Source of the DNA: Oscillospiraceae bacterium
GTDB lineage: Bacteria; Bacillota; Clostridia; Oscillospirales; UBA929
Direction: 5' to 3'
Length of the DNA: 64,000 nt
NCBI GenBank assembly: GCA_031265355.1
Contig: JAISCT010000011.1
Location: 1-64,000, forward strand
Shown: piece by piece, positions 17,047 to 30,773 of the stretch
Numbering within the stretch: the stretch's first letter is position 1
How the letters are laid out: each line of letters opens with the position of its first letter
Notes under the pieces: generated by a model
Seen by the model: only the letters and a program-made list of their open reading frames with translations
Told to the model about the DNA's origin: nothing
The model's database searches: none
Made by a program: the position numbers and the translations under genes

Positions 17047-18522
17047 ATGAAACCAACATTTAAAGAGCGTTACCAGCTTTTTATCAACGGCCAATGGAAG
17101 GACGCCTCAGACGGCGCGACATTCGACGTCTACAGCCCGGCCACCGGCGAGAAGCTGACGGCCTGCGCGCAGGCGACGAGCGCCGATGTGGACGAGGCCG
17201 TTAGGGTGGCGTGGGCGGCGTTCCCCGCGTGGAAGAAGACGGCGCCCGCGGAACGCATGGCCATTTTGAACAAGATTGCCGCGATCATTGACGAGAACAG
17301 GGATCTGCTCGCGTCGGTGGAGACGGCGGACAACGGCAAGCCGATCCGCGAGACCATGAACATCGACGTGCCGGTTTCGGCGGACCACTTCCGCTATTTC
17401 GCGGGGGCGATCCGTGTGGAGGACGGCCGGGCCAAGATGCTGGATGAGAACACGTTGAGCATCGTTTTACAGGAGCCCATCGGGGTCGTCGGTCAGATAG
17501 TCCCCTGGAATTTCCCGCTGCTCATCGGTTCCTGGAAGCTGGCGCCGGTGCTGGCCAGCGGCTGTTGCACAGTGTTCAAACCTTCGAGCCACACCTCGCT
17601 CAGTCTGCTTGTGCTGGCGGAACTCATCCGCGACGTACTGCCGCCCGGCGTGTTCAACGTGGTCACTGGGTCCGGTTCCCGTTCCGGGAACAGTATGTTG
17701 GCGCACGAGGGGTTTTCGAAATTTGCCTTCACGGGCTCCACCGAAGTCGGAGGCACCGTGGCATCCGCGGCGGCGGACAAACTGATCCCGGCCACGCTGG
17801 AATTGGGCGGGAAGTCGGCGAACATCTTCTTCGACGACTGCAACATGGACATTGCGCTGGACGGCTTGCAGATGGGCATCTTGTTCAACCAAGGGCAGGT
17901 GTGCGCCGCCGGGTCGCGCGTGTTTGTACAGGAGGGCATCTACGACGAGTTCGTAGCCAAGGCGGCCGCGGCGTTCGACAAGATCAACGTGGGCGATCCG
18001 TTCGATCCGCGGACGCAGATGGGGTCGCTGATCTACGAGTCCCATATGCATGACGTACTGAACTACATCGAGCTCGGCAAGCAAGAGGGCGCCCGCGTCG
18101 CGGCGGGCGGATTCAGAGTCACGGACGGCGAGCTCGGCAAGGGTTTCTTTGTCCGGCCCACGCTGCTTGTGGACGCCACGAATGACATGCGGGTGGCGCA
18201 GGAGGAGATCTTTGGCCCGGTGGCCGTGGTTATCAAGTTCAAGGACGAGGACGAAGTCGTCAGGCTGGCCAACGAATCAGTCTATGGCTTGGCCGGCGGC
18301 GTCTGGACACAGGACGTCAACCGCGCGATCCGCGTGGCCCGATCGGTGGAAACGGGGCGCATGTGGGTGAACATGTACAATGCGGTTCCGGCCGGCGCGC
18401 CGTTTGGCGGCTACAAGAAATCCGGCATCGGGCGCGAGACCGATAAAGTGATCCTAGAACACTACACCCAGATGAAGAACATCATGATCAATCTCAGCCA
18501 GAGTCCCTCCGGTTTCTATTGA
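17047..18522 (+). CDS. NAD(P)-dependent aldehyde dehydrogenase
   Basis: ALDH signatures ELGGKSA (catalytic Glu) and FNQGQVCAAGSR (catalytic Cys). GGAGGAAG RBS. Confidence 0.85.
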   Translation: MKPTFKERYQLFINGQWKDASDGATFDVYSPATGEKLTACAQATSADVDEAVRVAWAAFPAWKKTAPAERMAILNKIAAIIDENRDLLASVETADNGKPIRETMNIDVPVSADHFRYFAGAIRVEDGRAKMLDENTLSIVLQEPIGVVGQIVPWNFPLLIGSWKLAPVLASGCCTVFKPSSHTSLSLLVLAELIRDVLPPGVFNVVTGSGSRSGNSMLAHEGFSKFAFTGSTEVGGTVASAAADKLIPATLELGGKSANIFFDDCNMDIALDGLQMGILFNQGQVCAAGSRVFVQEGIYDEFVAKAAAAFDKINVGDPFDPRTQMGSLIYESHMHDVLNYIELGKQEGARVAAGGFRVTDGELGKGFFVRPTLLVDATNDMRVAQEEIFGPVAVVIKFKDEDEVVRLANESVYGLAGGVWTQDVNRAIRVARSVETGRMWVNMYNAVPAGAPFGGYKKSGIGRETDKVILEHYTQMKNIMINLSQSPSGFY

Positions 18523-18615
18523 GTGGCCTGTCCGTCCGCTCCGGACGGACAGGTGCACTGCCGCCGGAACACCCCTCGTCAGGGCATATTCCGGCGGCGG
18601 TTTTGTTGCTGGGGG
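18520..18615 (+). repeat. Structured 3' element, copy A: two consecutive stem-loops followed by a GTTTTGTTGCTGG tail. Homologous to 20763..20862.
   Basis: Stems CCTGTCCGTCCG / CGGACGGACAGG and GCCGCCGGAA / TTCCGGCGGC. Begins at the ALDH stop TGAGTG. Aligns position-by-position with copy B. Confidence 0.65.
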
Positions 18616-18749
18616 TAACTACGACTCTGTGAGGGATATCCGGCATTGACGCCGGTTCCTGCTCAATTGTACTTCCGTACTCATTCCGATTTCTTCTTCC
18701 CGCGATTCTTTCCCTATTTTGGAAGAGAAAATTCACTGCACACTGCGAA

Positions 18750-18785
18750 CCACTACATGTTGTGGATATCCACAACATGTAGTGG
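18750..18785. repeat. Perfect 36-bp palindrome CCACTACATGTTGTGGAT|ATCCACAACATGTAGTGG
   Basis: Read directly from the sequence. Its core ATGTTGTG..CACAACAT is shared with the palindrome at 30667..30712. Confidence 0.8.
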
Positions 18786-18855
18786 TTTTATCATATGGAC
18801 GTCAAAGGCGAACCAATAAATAGATAAAAAACATATTTTCTTTGCTATAAAATAC

Positions 18856-18884
18856 TTGACAATTATTCTTTTTTTACATATAAT
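18856..18884 (+). promoter_or_regulatory. Consensus sigma-A promoter TTGACA, 17 nt, TATAAT for the secreted-protein gene
   Basis: Perfect hexamers with a 17-nt spacer, ~60 nt upstream of the GGAGGG RBS at 18932. Confidence 0.65.
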
Positions 18885-18946
18885 CAAAAAATAGTGATAG
18901 AATTTTTGGCACGGCAATATACAGTGATGTGAGGAGGGAGACAGTC

Positions 18947-20728
18947 ATGAAGGCAACGAGAATCGGTAAAAAGTTGATCGTCATGTTGGTCGTTCTGGCG
19001 ATGGTCTTCAGCGCGGTGTTCGCTTCGGCGGTGAGCGAGGTGCTGCAAGAAGAGACAGACGTGACACAGCCGGAGAGGGAGCTCCGCGTCTTGCGGTTCA
19101 GAGTCGAAAAAGAGGTGGGAGAGGCCGAACTCGTGATTCGGCGGGACGGTCTCCGGTGGGAATTGCGGTTTCCCGTGCCGGAGGACAGACGGGACGGTTC
19201 TTTCATGCGTACGTGGGTAGACGGCGGGCTGGAATGGCATCCGTTCGAAGGGGCTGACAATGACGAATGGACGCTCAGCAGGCCGTTCCCTTTGGAAGCG
19301 CTCGATATTCACTTGCAGCCTGGGTGGATATTGGAGGGCGTCCATGCTTCTGAGAGTCCCGGCGAAGTATTCGTCGAAGAACATCCGGGAGAGGGGAGTG
19401 GTGATACGGGCCGTATCCGCCTTGGTCTGGAACCCGGTGTCTATGAATTTGACGTGATTTTTTGGGAGGGTTCCGCGGAACCGAAAGAAGTCGCCGTGGT
19501 TGTATTGGATGAGACGGGAGAATCCGTGGATGGCGGTTATGTAATCCATTGGTACAGAGATGAAGAGAAAGAGCCTTTTTATACGGGGAATCCGGCCATA
19601 CTGCCGCCGGATTATGAATACACAGTTTATTATTTTATGATCGAACTGGACGATGCCCTCAAAGAGATTTATATGATACCGGGGCGGCATGGCTTTGACG
19701 CGCAACAGACAGATCAAAAGACGGTCACGTTGTTTCAGAAAAGCGTTGCGAGTTATGTGCTGACAGTTCGCGCCAACATTGACATGTACAGCGAACTGAA
19801 ATTCGGGAATGGTAAAATTTGGTGGCATCACAAAACAGGCGCCGCGCCGGGGCGCCATTACGGCATGGACGAGCCGACGATCATAAACGGGTTTTCCTGG
19901 ATGCCTTGGCAAGGCATCCCCGGCGAGCTGTATGAGGACATCGAGAGCGCGGCCTTGCTCCTCAAACCCTCCATAGGCCTTGATCTTGACGGCGCCTGGG
20001 AACTTGTGGGCATCAATGTGTCCGAGGCACGGGGCAGCGTCACGGTTTCCCAGTACCCCTCCGCGGAGAACGAATACACCGGCGCCGTCACGTTTGACGA
20101 TATCAGACAATTTTCAGACGCATGGTACGAGGTGCAGCTGCTTTTGCGCTTCAGTGTACCACCTGCGCCATCGCAGTACACGATATCCGTAAGCGCCGGG
20201 GCGGGCGGAACGGCGACAGGGGGCGGCACATACGCGGAGGAAACCACTGTGAAGGTGACCGCGGCGCCGGATGAGGGCTATACCTTTGACGGCTGGTATG
20301 AGAACGACGCCAAGATCGGCGGCGACGCGGAATATGTCTTTACGGTCGATCAAAACAGATCTCTCGAAGCCCGCTTCACCGAGGCTGCCGTGCCTACAAT
20401 TGATATTTCGATTGACAGCAGGCTCATCATTGAACCTTATCTGATACCGGACGAAAACAGCGAATCTTTCAATCCCAAGTTTTTGTTATCGGCAAATCAG
20501 CCGATAGCAGTCGCTCTTTATGTCGCTTCATATGACACAAAAAGCAGGCTCGTCGTTTTCAGTGCGGTATCTGTGGATTTAACCGTCGATATAGTTTCTG
20601 AGTTGCAGGCAGCGATTCCATACACGAGCGGGGCTGTCAATCGATTCTTTATATGGGATTCAAACTATAAAGTCCTCACAGACATAACCTCAATGGCAGA
20701 TTTGGCTGTCGTATCTTCAGCGGCGTAA
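18947..20728 (+). CDS. Secreted protein of unknown function (593 aa): signal peptide, a large uncharacterised N-terminal region, one InlB-B/Listeria-Bacteroides-type repeat, and a ~95-aa C-terminal module shared with GH2 and GH27
   Basis: ATG at 18947 (MKATRIGKKLIVMLVVLAMVFSAVFASA) with a GGAGGG RBS. Repeat motif YTISVSAGAGGTATGGGTYAEETTVKVTAAPDEGYTFDGW. The gene looks AT-richer than its neighbours. Confidence 0.6.
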   Translation: MKATRIGKKLIVMLVVLAMVFSAVFASAVSEVLQEETDVTQPERELRVLRFRVEKEVGEAELVIRRDGLRWELRFPVPEDRRDGSFMRTWVDGGLEWHPFEGADNDEWTLSRPFPLEALDIHLQPGWILEGVHASESPGEVFVEEHPGEGSGDTGRIRLGLEPGVYEFDVIFWEGSAEPKEVAVVVLDETGESVDGGYVIHWYRDEEKEPFYTGNPAILPPDYEYTVYYFMIELDDALKEIYMIPGRHGFDAQQTDQKTVTLFQKSVASYVLTVRANIDMYSELKFGNGKIWWHHKTGAAPGRHYGMDEPTIINGFSWMPWQGIPGELYEDIESAALLLKPSIGLDLDGAWELVGINVSEARGSVTVSQYPSAENEYTGAVTFDDIRQFSDAWYEVQLLLRFSVPPAPSQYTISVSAGAGGTATGGGTYAEETTVKVTAAPDEGYTFDGWYENDAKIGGDAEYVFTVDQNRSLEARFTEAAVPTIDISIDSRLIIEPYLIPDENSESFNPKFLLSANQPIAVALYVASYDTKSRLVVFSAVSVDLTVDIVSELQAAIPYTSGAVNRFFIWDSNYKVLTDITSMADLAVVSSAA

Positions 20729-20762
20729 AGGTTGTCAGAACGCGAAACAGTTGAATGTTATT

Positions 20763-20862
20763 TGAGTGACCGTCCGTCCGCTTCGGACGGACAGACGCAC
20801 CGCTGCCGGAACCGTCCCCGTCAGGGGGAGCGGTTCCGGCAGCGATGTTTTGTGTTGCTGGC
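20763..20862 (+). repeat. Structured 3' element, copy B: two stem-loops followed by a GTTTTGTGTTGCTGG tail
   Basis: Stems CCGTCCGTCCG / CGGACGGACAG and GCTGCCGGAACCG / CGGTTCCGGCAGC, with an internal CCCC-gtca-GGGG hairpin in the loop. Begins with TGAGTG like copy A. Confidence 0.65.
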
Positions 20863-20929
20863 ACGTTGTCATTTGCCGAACGCAAGACTTTTTGGAGGCG
20901 GCAGGGGAGCACTGCTCCCCTGCGGAACT

Positions 20930-22648
20930 TTAATTGCTGAAATCCTTTAATGTATCCTGTGTAGCGTTGTAAATATCAGATATTTCAGAATGCGCTTGCG
21001 CGATAGCCTCGGATATATTTGTTACTTTCGTGTTGATCGCCGCAATGGATTCAGCCGCCGTACTTGAAATTTTGTCCGTTTGAGAAACAGTTTTCTGGGA
21101 TTTGTTGGCAAGCATCTTCACTTCCTGCGCTACTACCGCGAAAGGCTTTCCGTGTATGCCTGCTCTGGCCGCTTCGATAGACGCATTCAATGAGAGAATA
21201 TTGACTTGCTGAGAAATAGACGTGATGTCTTTTGACATTTTACCAAATTGACTTATCGCCTCGTTGACGCTTCCGATAGAATTGACAATTTCATCCGACA
21301 AACCGCTTATACATGAAATATCATTCAAAATTTTATCTATATTATCGAGGTTTACATTTGACAGATTTATAATCTTCTTGTGATCCGATTCAATCACATC
21401 TTTTTCATTTTGGACACAATTGCTTGGTATATCAAAGCCGAGCGCGATTCTCCGCGCCATATCATAACAAGATTCAGATCCGCACGCCCCGCAGTCGAAT
21501 ATTTTTTTCTCGTCTGTTAACTTGCCCAGAGCAACAAACGCTTTTTCTATTTGAGCGTCAGTTACGCTGTTTTGCACGGTATTTTTGGGTGTGTAGCGAC
21601 GCAAAAAGTCGTTGAGCCGAAACATATTGTCAAACCTTCGATAAAGCGCGTCGTATTGTTCTCTGTCATAGCTGGTCAACACACTTCTGCGGTTTTTATC
21701 CATAACGACGCCGACTTCAAATCTGCTAAAATTATGGAAACAGCCTGTCCCGATATTGCACCCTTCGAGGCAGTTTAAAACATCGAATAGAGCGGGAAGA
21801 TCACTCTCACGCTGTTTTGCGAACAATTTAAGTGCGTCATAGACAATCCTCGGACCTTCCGCCTGGTCTATACGCAGCTGCTTGCCCAAATAAAACTCAA
21901 TATTTTCCTTCAGTCCACCTGGCATCGAAAAAAGACGCCCCAACGCCGCTTCTTCATGGTCGAAATCCGTCGACTCTGGCGGCAATTGAATGTTGTGACT
22001 TGTTATATATTCATATAGTTTCTTCAATGTTACGTTGTAGTTTATATAACCAGTATCTTCAAATTCATGTGATTTTGCTATGCAAGGTGAAAGTGCCGCT
22101 ATCCCGTCTGTGACGTTACGATATTTTTTCATGTAAACAGCGGTGCAAAGCATGGGACTTTGCACCGGCGACAAGTATTTTATCAGGTCATGCTCATATA
22201 ACAATATGTAGTTTACAATGGCGGGGCAAGGCTGTGTAATGAGCGACTTTGGATTCTCCTTTTGAATAAACCGTATGTGTGCCCATATGCAAATATCGGC
22301 CCCCAGAGACACGTCATGTATTTTTTTAACGCCCATTTTCCGCAGCCATGTAAGTACTCTGCCGCCGTCAAGCCCGCCAACGCGCATGGCCGGCGCGGCA
22401 AACATTGAAATGGGCGCCCCGTTTTTAAGATCACGCAAAAAACGCTCGGTGTCGTCCGTATAATCCCGCGCGCGATGTTTGCACGCGCGGATACACGCAC
22501 CGCAGGCGATACATCTTTCCCCGTTTACCTTGACTTTTATTTGATTGTTGTTCGTGTATGTGACGCTTGCGCCTTCCATTGGACATACGCGCACACATTT
22601 GTTGCAACCGACACATGCGGACTCGTCGCTTATAACCAATTTTCGCAT
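20930..22648 (-). CDS. Soluble [FeFe]-hydrogenase-like sensory domain fused to a methyl-accepting chemotaxis (MCP) signalling domain. It has two N-terminal 4Fe-4S ferredoxin motifs.
   Basis: CxxCxxCxxxCP occurs twice. H-cluster-like motifs TQPCPA, SPCIAKSHE and NCLEGCNIGTGC. The C-terminal MCP signature is LSLNASIEAARAGIHGKPFAVVAQEVKMLA. No TM segment. The gene is markedly AT-richer than its surroundings. Confidence 0.75.
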   Translation of the reverse strand: MRKLVISDESACVGCNKCVRVCPMEGASVTYTNNNQIKVKVNGERCIACGACIRACKHRARDYTDDTERFLRDLKNGAPISMFAAPAMRVGGLDGGRVLTWLRKMGVKKIHDVSLGADICIWAHIRFIQKENPKSLITQPCPAIVNYILLYEHDLIKYLSPVQSPMLCTAVYMKKYRNVTDGIAALSPCIAKSHEFEDTGYINYNVTLKKLYEYITSHNIQLPPESTDFDHEEAALGRLFSMPGGLKENIEFYLGKQLRIDQAEGPRIVYDALKLFAKQRESDLPALFDVLNCLEGCNIGTGCFHNFSRFEVGVVMDKNRRSVLTSYDREQYDALYRRFDNMFRLNDFLRRYTPKNTVQNSVTDAQIEKAFVALGKLTDEKKIFDCGACGSESCYDMARRIALGFDIPSNCVQNEKDVIESDHKKIINLSNVNLDNIDKILNDISCISGLSDEIVNSIGSVNEAISQFGKMSKDITSISQQVNILSLNASIEAARAGIHGKPFAVVAQEVKMLANKSQKTVSQTDKISSTAAESIAAINTKVTNISEAIAQAHSEISDIYNATQDTLKDFSN

Positions 22649-22843
22649 AAATTCCTACTTTTCCCGAGATTATATTTTGTTTATACCGTCGAAGTATTTG
22701 GTTTTTCGCAGGAAACGCAGTTGCACTCTCTGGAATTCAGAATAAAAATATACCATATTATTACATATAATATACCATGCTGAAATTCTTATGTCAATAT
22801 ATTTTCCAAATTTTGTAGGCGCGTCGACCGAAATCGCATCGAC

Positions 22844-23599
22844 TCAGTCGCCGCCGGCCGTGTCTTCAGCCTCCCAGCGCAGGAAGGAGGATGTGAGGAG
22901 GGCCGCCAGTTTGATTTGATAGCTGTCGCTCTGCAGTTTCTCCGCCTCGCCCGGGTGAGAGAGAAAGCCGCACTCCACCAACACGGCCGGGCAGTGCACG
23001 TTGGCCATGAGATAGATATCCGCGTTTACGGGTGCCGACTGGCGGGTGTTGGCCGTGTCTAGGCGCTGTGTCGCGGCTTCCTGGATGATTTCGGCCAGCG
23101 CGCGGCTGCCGTGCGCTTTTCCGTAAAAGGCCTGCAGGCCAAAATACTGCGATTCGGTGAAGTAATTCTGATGAATCGAAAAGAGCAGCGCGTCCGGCAC
23201 CGCCTCCGTACGCCCCACCCGGTTGATGAGATCCGACCGTTTGATTTCCCGGATGCTCCCGGTGTCCGACGCATTGTTGAGAGAGATGTCTTTTTGCCGC
23301 AGCATAACGGTGGGCACGCCCATGAAACGCATGAGAAGGTTTGTTTTGACGGCGACCTGCAGATTGAGATCCGCCTCGCGCACGCCGCTCTCCATGATGC
23401 TCCCGCCGTCCATACCGCCGTGTCCCGCGTCGATGACGGGGCGATAGCGCAACGCAGGCCGAAATGAGGGCGCGGGCCCCGTGGTGGGTACGGCCAACCG
23501 CCAAAACAGCACAAGCAGGAGTATTATGGCCGCCGGCAGCACCAACCAGGGCCACCGGACGCGCCGTCTTCTTCGTCTATGCAAACGCTCACCCCCCAA
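22844..23599 (-). CDS. cwlD: N-acetylmuramoyl-L-alanine amidase, CwlD-like (Amidase_3)
   Basis: N-terminal basic region plus TM, then the VIDAGHGGMDGG motif. The start is uncertain: the track begins at a TTG, and an in-frame TTG 15 nt downstream has a better GGTGAG RBS. Confidence 0.65.
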   Translation of the reverse strand: MGGERLHRRRRRRVRWPWLVLPAAIILLLVLFWRLAVPTTGPAPSFRPALRYRPVIDAGHGGMDGGSIMESGVREADLNLQVAVKTNLLMRFMGVPTVMLRQKDISLNNASDTGSIREIKRSDLINRVGRTEAVPDALLFSIHQNYFTESQYFGLQAFYGKAHGSRALAEIIQEAATQRLDTANTRQSAPVNADIYLMANVHCPAVLVECGFLSHPGEAEKLQSDSYQIKLAALLTSSFLRWEAEDTAGGD

Positions 23600-23609
23600 T
23601 GTGGTTTTG

Positions 23610-23722
23610 ATCCCCGACCCTTTATCATCCTATTCATTCCATAGTCCCCACTATGATTCCGATTGCGCCCGGGCGGCGTCAACCGAGGAAGAACTGCCGG
23701 GCCTCACAGTCCGCGGCGCCGT
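23610..23722. repeat. ~115-bp repeat carrying a remnant of the butyrate-kinase 3' end (reverse-strand reading ...AADCEARQFFLG*) and the sequence downstream of it. Direct repeat of 33635..33758.
   Basis: Near-identical core GGGCGGCGTCAA.CGAGGAAGAACTGCCGGGCCTCA.AGTCC.CGGCG plus a CCATAGTC..CTATG palindromic part. It lies in the cwlD upstream region. Confidence 0.75.
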
Positions 23723-23777
23723 GAATTCGCTGTGTCTTTGTTACATCTGACGAAAAAATCGACCAGGATTGTACACG

Positions 23778-30650
<6,873 letters not shown>

Positions 30651-30666
30651 CGCGCCGCAGACAACC

Positions 30667-30712
30667 AGATATCGCCATATGTTGTGATTTTCCACAACAT
30701 ATGGCGATATCT
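30667..30712. repeat. Perfect inverted repeat with 20-bp arms: AGATATCGCCATATGTTGTG, attttc loop, CACAACATATGGCGATATCT. Lies 17 nt after the GH2 stop between convergent genes.
   Basis: Read directly. Its core is related to the palindrome at 18750. Confidence 0.8.
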
Positions 30713-30773
30713 CCCAAAAGGGGAAATCGGAAGTGACAACTGTAATCCCATATGAAGTAGCCAGATGCGCAGT

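Noticed and set aside
18750-18785. DnaA-box-like ATATCCACA / TTTTCCACA sequences inside the two palindromes, as a possible replication origin
   Set aside because: There are only two inverted half-sites, no dnaA/dnaN genes, no AT-rich unwinding element and no box cluster. The resemblance to TTATCCACA is most likely coincidental.
23481-23750. Track ORFs 23481..23750 (+) and 33259..34041 (+), which share the motif EEELPGL
   Set aside because: Their similarity is a by-product of the duplicated buk 3' repeat read on the wrong strand. They are not genes.
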